A stretch of DNA of 64,000 nt, taken from NCBI GenBank assembly GCA_039189765.1, contig JBCCYL010000001.1, positions 64,001 through 128,000 of the forward strand, written 5' to 3'. The translations under genes and the position numbers were made by a program. Numbering within the stretch: the first letter of the stretch is position 1; every line of letters starts with the position of its first letter. The notes beneath the pieces were generated by a model. The model ran no database searches and had not been told where the DNA came from. It saw only the letters and a program-made list of their open reading frames with translations. Origin of the DNA: Cyanobacteria bacterium P01_F01_bin.150. Lineage in GTDB: Bacteria; Cyanobacteriota; Cyanobacteriia; CAKZMO01. This document shows, one piece after another, positions 22,601-30,117 of the stretch.

Positions 22601-22977
22601 TGTCTTTCTGCCCCTAATTCTCGCCAGTCCAAATAAGTCCACGGCAACACAACATCAGACAGTACTGCCTGAAGAGGCTTTTCAAATTCCTCCAGGAAAA
22701 ACGCAGTTCTTAACACCGGATAGTGATTTACTACCGCCTGCCACGCTTGCTGAAAATATGAGGGTTCAAGTGGCCCTTGTAACCGACAATAGCGCTGCTC
22801 AAAATAGACGCTAGACTCAGGTGCATAAAGAGTATGAAACACCATCCCTTGCTGCATCGGGGATAGCTCATACAAATCGGCAATACCATTACCGCTGTTG
22901 TTTTCTGCCGCATCACTGCCAAAACTATTCGGGCCAGCGCTATTTGGGAATGAGGCACTTACTGAAGTTGTCACCAT
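10699..22977 (-). CDS. Trimodular NRPS C-A(Gly)-T-C-A(Val)-T-E-C-A(Gly)-T
   Basis: 4092 aa. C motifs HHHALMDG, HHIIADG, HHLLLDG. A-domain codes read by eye: DILQLGMVWK (Gly), DAFWLGGTFK (Val), DILQLGLIWK (Gly). T motifs GGHSL, GGDSI, GGHSL. E motifs HHLVIDGVSW, EGYGRE, SRTVGWFT. Confidence 0.95.
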   Translation of the reverse strand: MVTTSVSASFPNSAGPNSFGSDAAENNSGNGIADLYELSPMQQGMVFHTLYAPESSVYFEQRYCRLQGPLEPSYFQQAWQAVVNHYPVLRTAFFLEEFEKPLQAVLSDVVLPWTYLDWRELGAERQSNKDLIAKVEANLETRLENYLEGDRAQGFVLDQAPLMRCTLIQLAEEDFIFVWSHHHALMDGWCNAQLLRDVMAVYDGLLQGRQVTLTPSPDYRNYILWLQQQNVDQAQTFWQQQLNGIIAPTQFRPPVSPYVLRTGSANTKGGRRGVDYFEYHASLSPSITQTLQEGCKHHHLTLNTLVQGAWSLLMSHYSGDNQVVFGATVSGRPPTLPQVESIIGLFINTLPVRVNLSPEAELVPWLQTLQIEQREREQYSYSSLVDIQACSDVLRGVSLFDSLIVFENYPMSIETVLKGWDSQLAIRDLKGFERTNYPLTLSIIPGESLSFRITYDGQWFSENNDSGFPISLLWGHLQTILTGFAEALTSDQSSHTLANISLLTDTEQRQQQEWAMVDSAQFFQNATEDAQYMRLVHEWVEKWAEETPDAVAIVFDSQSLTYQELNQQANQLAHHLLSVDVQLNELVGVCLERSSHMLIALLAVHKAGAAYVPIDPTYPQDRINYVIEDAGIKTLVQEFKSSRVQEFGGLGVQEFKGALQCINIDTDVIRRYPTSTPQLSNSLTLQLSNSPTPPPKSKIAYTIYTSGSTGKPKGVQIPHHALINFLQSMAEVPGFDAGDRLLAVTTPSFDIAGLELFLPLVCGGQIVIASQNDVRDGNRLKTLLNDHDITVMQATPATWRLLLANAWNGKSNLRILCGGEALDTPLAAELLGKSQSLWNMYGPTETTVWSLCHQVTAADVEGTAVPIGRAIANTDIKVLNQYQQPVPVGVPGELYIGGAGVAIGYLNRPELTVDRFVLDPGGQRSRGSIQTLARSKDDYKEPRDLIAESRSLDASISRFYKTGDRVRYRPDGTLEYLERLDFQIKLRGFRIELGEIEVALSHHPQVQQAVVVVQSQDTDPMLVAYFVPEGEVKAEFKAEGRRQKAEFKAEGRRQKAEAESLQLSNSSTPQLSNSSTPQLSNSPTPRSSPKTPKSKVQNLKPTELREFLAESLPAYMIPSIFMHLDALPLTPNGKVNRRALPVPTPASVAEKNTGTKTPTQEVVIALAAIALNQTTEGIGPQDNFFDLGGHSLSATRFASQVRQAFQVELPLRQVFEQPTFGTLANVIDELIRSEVDPASLQNITPERLEPLTPQPLSFAQQRQWMLWQLEPESATYNIPLAVKITGDLDLTLLQKSLEQVVMRHQVLRSRFDIDPNTNQPIQLVLPDLAIDIATVDLSVSSQTDLQESLEESIEERLLAIAREEANQPFDLTTPPLFRVKVAYLSESEQVLLLTLHHIIADGWSMGVLVHELTAFYRAQLANAEDTNLEAVLSELPIQYGDFARWQRQWLDGDSQGSDNQDKATQNEDDSENDALEQQLDYWRSHLDQAPTLDLPTTYPRPAVRSEHGDIYSFQLSDSQTQALKALSQQAGCTLFMTVFAAFNLFLHRYSGNADIVVGTPIANRHRAEVEPLIGFFVNTLALRTDLSGNPTLADLLGQVRDITLDGYAYQDLPFEQVLDALDVERSLAYTPLFQVMFSLENRVSMAQQQDLQWTPMEQHSGTAKFDLTVVMTETDEGLEGTWEYSLDLFDVATVKQMVACFQTLLDTMPSGLERPISDLLWLPSDQQQMVMDWGTQTATDYPRTACIYELFDAQANQQCDDIALTFPSESGADQWTYEELNKQANQLAHYFQYQGVGPDVLVGVWAERSPQTIIAILAILKAGGAYVPLEPDYPFERLHLMVEDARLSLIISANQNSKLKISPTETLSEQNSKLVHLNLNAVQNEISHYPITPPFRTTTPDNLAYVMYTSGSTGTPKGVCVTHRAVVRLVKNTNYVKLDNRQVILQAAPLAFDASTFELWGAFLNGGQVVMMPQAQPSLQDFGEVITRYNVTTVWLTAGLFHVMVDEAIANFASVQQVLAGGDVLSGPHLEKLLKTYPNCRVINGYGPTEGTTFTCCHAIALEDCNPSPPIGQPISNTQVYILDEYLQPVPAGLPGELYIAGDGLARGYLNRPGLTGDRFIPNPFLKAEGRRQKAEALKRSRGSTLVSGNGQKLLEEPRDLGANSLTLYKTGDRVRFCPDGAIEYLGRLDRQVKIRGFRVELGEVEALLCQHGMIRDAVVIMQTDDYGVDRLVAYVVGDSSERPDPRVLKEPWDLLTPEIRAFLGERVPDYLVPARVVWLEYLPLTGNGKVDRRALPVVDWSDGGDQRAGETKAQPQTDAEVQLVKIWQEVLHQSDIGIDDNFFALGGDSILAIQIVSRAHQAGLSLKPKQIFQYQTIAELTAFATIPPSNDSVTIADQGIVTGLVPLTPIQNWFFAQQHPQPNHFNQAVLLAVKEHLNVVKLEEAIAHLLTHHDNLRSRFIQSAEDGVWQHELLSPEQVNVSLKAIDAAGMPEDQWQALLSATVDNVHQSLKLSTGELLRVVWFDRGDSDQDDNQASHRLLIVVHHLVIDGVSWRILLEDLQTVYQQLCLGQPVQLPPKTTSIQAWATSLQGQISRVDVQVDKDQVVAKSETKEIQSLWDSADNGTVGTAQQASVALSAEQTQALLTDVPLAYGTGMDDVLLTALAGAIAESLDVPDFKVALEGYGRESEVDVSRTVGWFTTITPLILNTYHCRVGTAHQSNTSISSKIVDALKSIKEQIRQQKQATDASDPRVLEEPWDLNPADISFNYLGQLTIAGESKLLSRALESSGQAISSDAPRPYALEIVGSITSTPQRLNSSTPQLPNASTPQLTLSWTYNPQQISTEAIESLTETFKVALVDLIEHCCSPDAGGHTPSDFPLAPLTQPTLDTMLTRLNLKQVANIYPLSPMQQGMLFHSLFTPQAGMYAIQVAFDIYSASDQDTFDSAAFEQAWQQTVHCYNSFRTVFVWDGLEQPLQVVAKDARIPVQALDWSAMSVAEQQQRLVDLEKEERSRDFPLIQPPLMRLVVIQQSPKHHHIIWTYHHLLLDGWSMPLVLKEVLTAYQEKAEGRRQKAEDGTLQLPNSSTPQLAFQNLKSKIQNPYAAYISWLMRQDQCRAEEFWREYLAGFTAPTAFRFEASGAKAKQGRVPIANQSQQLCLSETLTQQLRDLCQQQQLTLNTVVQGAFALLLSRYSGETDVVFGATSSGRSPELAGSESMVGLMMNTLPLRVAVNEHQDVISWLQALQAQHIELQQYEFSSLIDIQRWSEVPRGTPLFESVVVFENYPVEATLKDNRSTLTVENVQISEQTNLPLSLYVVAEAQLTLNALFDPSWFGHDDSETTPPFIARLLGHLQTILESFAESATDTEVSIHDIELLTAVERQLLEDWNQTQLDVDLSPTAYVNQRFEAQVNKAPEAIALTTINPLSSQSQSLTYREVDQRANQLAHYLQSLDIQPGELVGVCVERSAEMVIALLAIHKAGAAYLPIDPTYPGDRIRYMVEDAGIRTIIQQSTTQIQNSKLTIQNSITLDTDQDTISHHPITPSPKSKIQNPKSEIAYTIYTSGSTGNPKGVQISHRSLANFLHAMQDKLQLSERDTLLAVTTLSFDIAALELFLPLMVGGTVAIAPRDMTRNGAQLAEALDQHQVTVMQATPMTWRLLLASGWQGKSDLRILSGGEALDSELARQLLDYGQELWNLYGPTETTIWSAAHKIERDDVVDKTGVMSIGQAIANTTFYVLDTQLRPVPVGIPGELYIGGEGVALGYLNRPDLTSERFVEHLVPRSRGSIQTLDSSKGDYREPWDLSASVPKLYKTGDRVRYQEDGTLEYLGRLDFQVKLRGFRIELGEIEAALSQHPDVQQTIVTVYSQEANSILVAYVILKADDHQAPKSGGPTPSPSQEGNWSAPTPQLLDSPTPQLPNKNPKSKIQNSLRQFLTDKLPQHLVPSRYMVLDALPLTPNGKVDRKRLPAPDGGLAVSTAYVAPKTSIEQAIAQVWQTVLKVETVGIHDNFFDLGGHSLLVVNVHNQLKQEDFGASLTLVDLFQYPTISDLANYLSREDGPTLEEQVDRRVEKMVAGRDRLKQRRQKRSGGRE
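14817..14837 (-). repeat. GTAG-type REP (family 3)
   Basis: Minus strand GTAG-GGTAGGC-ACT-GCCCACC. A related copy lies on the plus strand at 26114-26134 (GTAG-GCTGGGC-GAT-GCCTACC). Confidence 0.65.
21013..21071. repeat. Degenerate octamer array (RAACTCCT)n inside an A domain
   Basis: aaactcct gaactcct aaaccccc aaactcct gaaccctt gaactctt aaactcct gaac; encodes QEFKSSRVQEFGGLGVQEFK. Confidence 0.8.
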
Positions 22978-25900
22978 TTATCGTCGCCTCCTTCTCTGTC
23001 GTCCTGAAGTCTGGTTAGAACTCTGGGGAACAGAAGAGCGAGACGGTAAGCTTTGATTTGTCCCTTGGTTTGCCCCTGAGTTTGCCCCTTGGTTTGCCCC
23101 TTGGGCACTACTTTTCTGCTGATTTACTCGATTTAACACCTGGTCTAACTGCTGCTGATTTAACCGAGCAGCTTCAAAATCAGAAGGCGTGTACTCTTTT
23201 GCAGTTGCGCTATCGTTCTGCTCTAGTCGAGTCTGGCCATATCGCAGCAGCGATCGCAGCACAGACATATACCGCTGCACAAGCGGCTCAATATCCTGTT
23301 GGGCATACTGTTCTCTGCTGTAATTCCATTGTGTTTGCAATTGACCGTCCCGCACAAAGCTGTTGATTTCCAGCGCATATAGGCGGGGCATATTCGGGTC
23401 CACGGTAGTCCCTGGCGAGATATTTGAAATCCCCTTCACCATAGAGTCCGCCGCAGAACGCAAATCTAACTGGCCCAAATAATTGAACTTAATCTTGGGA
23501 GGTCGAGGCAACGTCACCGACTGACGCACATTAGTGTCAGGATGAAGATAGCGAAGCAACCCGTACCCTGTACCATTTTTAGGAATCTGACGGAGCTGTT
23601 CCTTAACTGACTTTAAAGCGTCTCCGGGTTGTCCTCCTCGATTTAGCGTCAGCATCACTGGAAATATGGACGTAAACCATCCCACCGTCCGCGATACATC
23701 CAGCCCTAAATTATGACTGTCATTGATGTGATCGAAAACATCACGTCCGTATCCTTCCAAATCAATAACTAAAGAATCCGATTGCCCTAGGCCTATCGTC
23801 TGACTCCATTCCATCGAACGTCCTAACGTCTGTACTAAAGCTGTCAGCATCACCTCGTCCACACGGGTATTAAATACAGACGGCATTTGGGTCAAAAGAT
23901 TCTGAGTCTCGACGTTATCCAATGTGGCGGTTACTTGCTCCGCTGTGGATTGTAGAGGCTGCACCATTGGACTTTGAAGACTTGCATTCTGATAGGTTTG
24001 AGAAATTTCCTCCGCTAATTGCTGCCAATAGCTTCTTTGCTCAAGGATTTGTGATGATTGAGCGTGATGAACTAGCGCCTCTCCCCATGCTTGGAACGAT
24101 GTGGTTTTAGGAGGGAGAGCAATAGTCTCTGCCCCGTCTTTGCCTATCTCACTTTGATCTTTGCGATTATCCTGCTGCTGCCGATAAGCCAACTCCAAAT
24201 CCGCCAGCAATACTCGCCACGACAGTCCATCTACAACTAAATGATGAACAATAATCAATAAACAAGGCTTCTGATTTGCTCCCCTCTGGAACAATACACA
24301 GCGACACAGGCAAGCAGATAAATCGAGGCTAGCTTGGAGATCGTTAGAGAGGGCGGCGATCGCTTCCTCCTGCCCCGCCAATGGAAGCCCCGTCAAATCC
24401 TCTACCAAGAACGTATCTTCACCAGACCCAACCGTTCCGTAGGTTGGATTAGCGACAGCGTAACCCAACAGAGTGTCTTGCGCTGTAGATAGCTTTGTTG
24501 GGTTTCCTTCGTCAACCCAACCTACGTGGCTGAATCGTAATCGCAATGCATCATGGTGCTCAACCATTTCAGTCCATGCCTTAGCAAGATACTCTGTCTC
24601 AATTTCAGACTGTAGTTCCAGTAATAATGATTGGTTGTAATGATGGGGATTAGGTAGATTTTGCTCAAAGAACCAGTGATAGATCGGTAGCCACTCTTGA
24701 ACCCCTGCGATCGCCCCCTGCTCCGGCATAGCCATTTGAGACGGACCCGATTCTGCTGCCACTGCCGCCAATTCTGCCACCGTTTGATGCTGGAATAGCT
24801 GGCGCGGCGTAATCGTCAAACCCGCTTGCTTTGCTCTAGCAATAATTTGAATACTCAGGATGGAGTCTCCACCAAGTTCAAAGAAATTATCGCAAGTGCC
24901 AACTTTAACCCCTAATACCTCTGACCAGATATCAACCAATACCTTTTCAGTATCGGTCTGAGCTTCTTGTCTACTCTGGCCTGAATTGCGACTTTGAGCC
25001 TCCCAATCAGGCGTTGGTAGAGCCGTACGATCGATCTTGCCATTTGCCGTCAGTGGAAATGACTCAACAGGAACGATCGCCGCAGGAATCATGTAGGAAG
25101 GAAGACAATCCTTAAGGAAGGATTTTAGATTTTGGATTTTGGTGGAGGAGTTGGGGAGTTGGGGAGTTGGGGAGTTGGGGAGTTGGGCGTTGAGCGGTGG
25201 GACATGCCGGTCCCTCTCTTGGGATGGGTTAGGGGTGGATGGATTTTGGATGGTCTTTTGCTGAGACGCAAACGTAATGTGGGCGACCAGATGGGAACCA
25301 CGTTGATCATCGTGCTGAAGTGTGGCGATCGCCCCCTCCACCTCAGGATGACGCACCAGCGTTGCTTCAATCTCACCCAGCTCAATCCGGAAACCGCGCA
25401 GCTTAACCTGATTGTCGATTCGTCCCAGGTACTCAATCGTGCCATCTGGACGGTAAAAAGCGCGATCGCCTGTCCTGTATAAAGTTAAGGAGTTGGAGGG
25501 TTGGGGAGTTGGAGAGTTTAAATTTTGGATTTTAGATTTTGGATTCTGGACATTTTGTCCCTCTGCTCCCTTGCTCCCTTGCTCCCTTGCTCCCCTGCTC
25601 CCTTGCTCCCTTGCTCCTTCTGCCTTCTGCCTTCTGCCTTCTGCCTTTAAAAACGGATTCGGAATAAAGCGATCGCCCGTTAAATCAGGTCGATTATGAT
25701 ACCCTCGCGCCACCCCCGCGCCACCGATATAGAGTTCGCCTGGAATACCAACCGGAACTGGATTAAGGTAGCGATCAAGAATATAAAGCTGAGCATTCGC
25801 TATCGGGCGACCAATCGGTACATTGCCTGACGAACTGCTCGCTGATGAAGCCGCAGACGCATCATATACGCAGCATCCCACCACCGTTTCCGTCGGCCCA

Positions 25901-28761
25901 TACTCATTTATCAACCGAGTGTTGGGGGCATGCGATCGCCAATAGGCCAAATGCGCCTCAGTTAATGCTTCTCCACCCAAAACAAACGCATTTGCTCCGA
26001 CGTAGGATGTGTTAGGCGACAGCCGTAACGCATCATCAGATTTAGTGCTGCCCAATAACTCCAGAACCTTCAAATGAGCCGGAGTCAATTTTGCCAAACT
26101 AAACGATTGCCCAGTAGGCTGGGCGATGCCTACCATTTGTCCAATTTTTGAAGTTTCAGAAATTCCGACCAAGAGAGCTTCGGATAAGGCTTCAATTTCA
26201 TCTTCTTCCGGCAACATCGTTACCGTCTGACCCGAGACCAATGGCAACAGCAAACTTGTAATCGTTGCATCAAAGCCAATGGAAGACTGCACTGGAGCAC
26301 CCGTTCCCTCTGTTACTCGATATTCCTCTCGACTCCATCTCAGATAATTCACCAACCCGCGATGGGTAATCATCGTCCCCTTAGGCGTCCCGGTAGAACC
26401 AGATGTGTACATCACATACGCTAAATGCTGACTTATAAGATGACAGCCTAAATTTGTAGATGGAAATTTACGAATAACATCTTGTTCAACATCCAATCGC
26501 GTCTGAGAAATGTCGCCCCACACTTTAGAAGGACTGGCGGAATCCACAATCACGCGGCAACACTCCGCATCCGTCACCATAAACCGGAGGCGATCGTCCG
26601 GCAATGTTGGGTCCAACGGCAAATAGGCCGCTCCAGTTTTCAGTACAGCTAAGATCGCAACTAACAGATTAGGAGTACGTCCCAGACAAATCCCCACAAT
26701 ATCTCCAGAACCAATCTTGTGATAACGGAGATAATGAGAAAGCTGATTAGCTTTGATGTTCAGCTCTTGGTAAGTCATCCCCTCTAACCCCTCTTTAACA
26801 AGAGGGAGAACCGGACTTCCACTTCTCTCCTTGGTAAGGGGGGAGGGAGGGAGGGGAGACGAGGCGATCACATCCACTTGCATCATCCTTACCGCCATAG
26901 CCCCAGGATTTTGTTCAACCTGTTCCTCAAATAACGAACAAATGGAATGGGGTAAATACTCAGGCACCGACGTTTGATTCCACTCCACCACAAGGTGATG
27001 CTGTTCATCTGCGGTTAAAATATCAACTTCAGATAATCGCTGGTCTGGATTGGTAACAATGGATTCCAGCAAGACTTTAAAGTGGCCCAACATGCGCTGG
27101 ATGCGATCGCCATCAAACAGCTCAGTGCAATATTCCACCACTGCCAGCAGACCATCATCCCGCTCAATCGTATGCCAGGTGAGGTCAAACTTTGTTACCT
27201 TGGGCGCTAACCACTGCTGCTCTAGCGTCAATCCTGGTAGCTGTAGTTCCGGTCGAGCCGCATTTTGCATCTGATAGGCAGCGTTCTGGAACTGGAACAT
27301 CACCTGAAATAGAGGATTATGGCTTAAACTGCGCTCAGGCTGAAGCTCCTCTACCAGTTGAGCAAAGGGTAAATCTTGATGCTGAAAGGCCGATGACGCA
27401 GCCGATCGCACCAGCCGCACTACCTCGCGAATAGTCGGAGGTGCGCTTTTGGATAGGTCTTGAAGCCGTGAACGGACCACTACGGAATTTACGAAAAAGC
27501 CGATTAAGCCCTCTAGTTCAGTCCAGTTGCGATTGGCTGTGGGCACTCCAACCACAATGTCATCTTGATCGGTGTAGCGATGCAGCAAAATTTTGAACGC
27601 CGCCAGCAGCGTTATAAAGACCGTAGTCCCTTCCTGCTGACTTAGTTCTTTGATTTGATTGAGCAAATCCAGGGGCAACATTAGTGATGCAGTAGCGCTG
27701 TCAAAGGTTTGAGCCGGAGGCCGGGGGTGATCGGTGGGCAACTCCAGCATGGGGATATCGTGGAGTTGCGATCGCCAGTATTCCAACTGCTGCTCTCGCT
27801 CATGCCCCTGCAACCACTGCCGCTGCCATGCCGCAAAGTCAGCATACTGGATAGGCAATAGACCTAACGGAGATGGTTGTTCTTGACTGAAGGTACGATA
27901 CAAGGCTGACAATTCTTTTAGCAAGATGCCACGGGACCAGCCATCGCCGACGATGTGGTGGAGAGTGAGAAGGATAGTGTGTTGGGGAGTTGGGGAGTTG
28001 GGGAGTTGGGGAGTTGGGGAGTTGGAGAGTCGGGGAGTTAGAGAGGTTCGGTCCCCCTCTTGGGAGGGGTTAGGGGTGGGTTCCTCCGATTTTAGATTTT
28101 GGATGTTGGATTTTGGAGAGGTGGCCTGGCTACCTTCTGCTCCTTCTGCTCCCTCTGCCTTCTGCCTTCTGCCTTCTGCCTTTTGGACGGATCGAATAAC
28201 GCTAACTCGTAAAAGAGGCGGTTGGGTGAGGTCGAAGGGTCGGTTGATTTCCGCTTGGGTGAGGCGATCGATTTCTTGAGCTTGAGCTTCAAGGGAGAGC
28301 GGTCGGATATCCACCACGGGCATAGAAAAAGCTGTGGGTTGAACCGTGAGTTTGGGCTGACCCTTTTCTTCTCCAAATGAGGTCCGCAATACTTCATGAC
28401 GCTGGACAATTTCAGTAAAACTTTTTTGCAGAATCGTAAGATCTAAATCCCCAAAAAGATGCCACTGCATGCCAATGTTGTAGGCAGGATTGTTGGGGTC
28501 AAGCTGATAAAGAAACCATAGGCGCTCTTGGGCGTAAGATAGGGGATAATCGTCTAAATTCTGCCGTTTTTGAATAAAATTCTTACGAGCTTGAGGATGC
28601 TCATCAGTATCAGGCTTATCAGCATCAGACAGGTTAGATATCAAACCAGAAACAGACAGCCCCTTTTGCTTGAGCTGCTGGATAAAAAAGGTCCGCTTTT
28701 CCGGTGGCAACGAATTGATTCGCCGCCGTAGCATCTCTAATTGTTGCCCCTGATCACTCAT
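22978..28761 (-). CDS. NRPS C-A(Asn-type)-T-E
   Basis: HHIVGDGWS (C). A code DATKVGEVGK (Asn-type). GGDSIL (T before E). HHLVVDGLSW, EGYGRD, SRTVGWFT, PKNGTGYG, FNYLGQ (E). Confidence 0.93.
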   Translation of the reverse strand: MSDQGQQLEMLRRRINSLPPEKRTFFIQQLKQKGLSVSGLISNLSDADKPDTDEHPQARKNFIQKRQNLDDYPLSYAQERLWFLYQLDPNNPAYNIGMQWHLFGDLDLTILQKSFTEIVQRHEVLRTSFGEEKGQPKLTVQPTAFSMPVVDIRPLSLEAQAQEIDRLTQAEINRPFDLTQPPLLRVSVIRSVQKAEGRRQKAEGAEGAEGSQATSPKSNIQNLKSEEPTPNPSQEGDRTSLTPRLSNSPTPQLPNSPTPQHTILLTLHHIVGDGWSRGILLKELSALYRTFSQEQPSPLGLLPIQYADFAAWQRQWLQGHEREQQLEYWRSQLHDIPMLELPTDHPRPPAQTFDSATASLMLPLDLLNQIKELSQQEGTTVFITLLAAFKILLHRYTDQDDIVVGVPTANRNWTELEGLIGFFVNSVVVRSRLQDLSKSAPPTIREVVRLVRSAASSAFQHQDLPFAQLVEELQPERSLSHNPLFQVMFQFQNAAYQMQNAARPELQLPGLTLEQQWLAPKVTKFDLTWHTIERDDGLLAVVEYCTELFDGDRIQRMLGHFKVLLESIVTNPDQRLSEVDILTADEQHHLVVEWNQTSVPEYLPHSICSLFEEQVEQNPGAMAVRMMQVDVIASSPLPPSPLTKERSGSPVLPLVKEGLEGMTYQELNIKANQLSHYLRYHKIGSGDIVGICLGRTPNLLVAILAVLKTGAAYLPLDPTLPDDRLRFMVTDAECCRVIVDSASPSKVWGDISQTRLDVEQDVIRKFPSTNLGCHLISQHLAYVMYTSGSTGTPKGTMITHRGLVNYLRWSREEYRVTEGTGAPVQSSIGFDATITSLLLPLVSGQTVTMLPEEDEIEALSEALLVGISETSKIGQMVGIAQPTGQSFSLAKLTPAHLKVLELLGSTKSDDALRLSPNTSYVGANAFVLGGEALTEAHLAYWRSHAPNTRLINEYGPTETVVGCCVYDASAASSASSSSGNVPIGRPIANAQLYILDRYLNPVPVGIPGELYIGGAGVARGYHNRPDLTGDRFIPNPFLKAEGRRQKAEGAREQGSRGAREQGSKGAEGQNVQNPKSKIQNLNSPTPQPSNSLTLYRTGDRAFYRPDGTIEYLGRIDNQVKLRGFRIELGEIEATLVRHPEVEGAIATLQHDDQRGSHLVAHITFASQQKTIQNPSTPNPSQERDRHVPPLNAQLPNSPTPQLPNSSTKIQNLKSFLKDCLPSYMIPAAIVPVESFPLTANGKIDRTALPTPDWEAQSRNSGQSRQEAQTDTEKVLVDIWSEVLGVKVGTCDNFFELGGDSILSIQIIARAKQAGLTITPRQLFQHQTVAELAAVAAESGPSQMAMPEQGAIAGVQEWLPIYHWFFEQNLPNPHHYNQSLLLELQSEIETEYLAKAWTEMVEHHDALRLRFSHVGWVDEGNPTKLSTAQDTLLGYAVANPTYGTVGSGEDTFLVEDLTGLPLAGQEEAIAALSNDLQASLDLSACLCRCVLFQRGANQKPCLLIIVHHLVVDGLSWRVLLADLELAYRQQQDNRKDQSEIGKDGAETIALPPKTTSFQAWGEALVHHAQSSQILEQRSYWQQLAEEISQTYQNASLQSPMVQPLQSTAEQVTATLDNVETQNLLTQMPSVFNTRVDEVMLTALVQTLGRSMEWSQTIGLGQSDSLVIDLEGYGRDVFDHINDSHNLGLDVSRTVGWFTSIFPVMLTLNRGGQPGDALKSVKEQLRQIPKNGTGYGLLRYLHPDTNVRQSVTLPRPPKIKFNYLGQLDLRSAADSMVKGISNISPGTTVDPNMPRLYALEINSFVRDGQLQTQWNYSREQYAQQDIEPLVQRYMSVLRSLLRYGQTRLEQNDSATAKEYTPSDFEAARLNQQQLDQVLNRVNQQKSSAQGANQGANSGANQGTNQSLPSRSSVPQSSNQTSGRQRRRRR
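24438..24526. repeat. GTAG-type REP inverted doublet (family 1)
   Basis: CGTAGGTTGGATTAGCGACAGCGTAACCCAAC ... GTTGGGTTTCCTTCGTCAACCCAACCTACG. Other doublets: 36927-37072, 40470-40588, 45080-45171. Singles: 10634-10664, 30244-30274, 37090-37120. Confidence 0.88.
26001..26034 (+). repeat. GTAG-type REP (family 2)
   Basis: CGTAG-GATGTGTTA-GGCGACAGCCG-TAACGCATC. Copies at 41481-41514 and 2617-2650 (GTAG changed to ATAG). Read on the coding strand as DALRLSPNTSY-like peptides. Confidence 0.85.
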
Positions 28762-28887
28762 TTCCTACCCTGTAATTCCACAACGTATTATGCGATCGCG
28801 CCATGTCCCCTTCCTAATTCTTGGTAACGGATTACACTATCTTTAATCCGCTCTGCAAGATGCTTACAAAAATCTCATTAAATTTAC

Positions 28888-29949
28888 TTAAGCGACTACC
28901 ACCGGCTTTTGGGCACAGTTGTCCTGTAGCTGCTTCAGATAGGGCAAACTCTCCATCACGTAGTCAAAATCCTGAACAAAATCGATAAGACAGGCAACTT
29001 CCGTAATCCCAGTCTGACTCAATTCATCCACAAAAGGTAGACAGCTTTCGGGAGTCCCGATGAGCGATCGCCCCTGCATAAATCCTTCCACCCCGAACAA
29101 TAATAAACTATCAATATCATCCTCAGAAAAATCTTTCAAGCTAATAGTCATTCCCATGCCCTTAGCTAGATTTTCTAACAAATCATAGTGAGTTTTTAAG
29201 TAATCACAAAAGGGTCTTCTCACTTTTTCCTTAACAGTTTCAATGTCTGCTCCCAAAAAAGTATGGAGCATTAGTGAAACCGTCTTTGTTTTTGGATCAT
29301 GCCCATATTTTTCCAAACACTTATGATAGAGCTTTATCTTTGGTTTAATGCTGTCCAAATCTCCGGTTAAAAGTGAGGTCAAAACATTGGCTCCCATCTT
29401 CCCTGCTTCCATAAAGGTTTCATTGGATTGGCAGGTAATCCATAGCGGCAGCGTTGACTGAATGGGATTGGGCAAGGTTTTGACAGTAAAGGACTTACCC
29501 GTAGCGTCCTGCTGACTAATCGCTTCGCCAGACCAAAGTCGCTGGAGCGTATCAATCCCTCTCCACATGGTGGCTTTACGGCTAGCGTGGGGCGCACGGG
29601 ACAGAATAAAGTCATCAACGGTCCACCCTGAAGCAACCGCAACTGCCGCCCGTCCATTGGACAGATTATCGACGACTGCCCATTCCTCCGCAATCCGCAC
29701 CACATCATGCAGCGGAATCACTAAACTACCAGCCCGCAATTGAATATTTTCAGTAATCATTGCCAATGCCGTACTCGTCAATGCGGGGTTGGGGTAAAGC
29801 CCCCCAAATGCGTGAAAATGGCGCTCCGGGGTCCACACTGCAGTAAAACCATTCTGATCCGCAAACTTAGCGGTTTCCAACAGCATTTTATATTTATTAG
29901 AATCGGCAACCGACCCATCACCATCAAAATAAAATAAGCTAAATTTCAT
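28888..29949 (-). CDS. Luciferase-like (LLM class) flavin-dependent monooxygenase of the natural-product (MupA/Atu3671-like) type
   Basis: MKFSLFYF start (ATG 29949, preferred over the track's 30009), AKFADQNGFTAVWTPERHFHAFGGLYPNP, RIAEEWAVVDNLSNGR, SLIGTPE, EVACLIDF. Confidence 0.9.
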   Translation of the reverse strand: MKFSLFYFDGDGSVADSNKYKMLLETAKFADQNGFTAVWTPERHFHAFGGLYPNPALTSTALAMITENIQLRAGSLVIPLHDVVRIAEEWAVVDNLSNGRAAVAVASGWTVDDFILSRAPHASRKATMWRGIDTLQRLWSGEAISQQDATGKSFTVKTLPNPIQSTLPLWITCQSNETFMEAGKMGANVLTSLLTGDLDSIKPKIKLYHKCLEKYGHDPKTKTVSLMLHTFLGADIETVKEKVRRPFCDYLKTHYDLLENLAKGMGMTISLKDFSEDDIDSLLLFGVEGFMQGRSLIGTPESCLPFVDELSQTGITEVACLIDFVQDFDYVMESLPYLKQLQDNCAQKPVVVA

Positions 29950-30117
29950 TATTTTTTCCCTTTCAATATCACTAATCTTAATTAGGTACAAACTCAACCT
30001 ATAAAACAATTTATTTAACTAATCACTCATATTCCAAAATCCAAAATTGACCCTCTCCTAGCCCCTACCAGGAGGGGAACCGAACCATCCAAAATCCAAA
30101 ATCTAAAATCCAAAATT

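Noticed and set aside
29950..30009. Track's longer N-terminus for the monooxygenase
   Set aside because: Family-like sequence starts at MKFSLFYF (ATG 29949), which has a purine-rich stretch upstream; the extension is AT-rich intergenic sequence.
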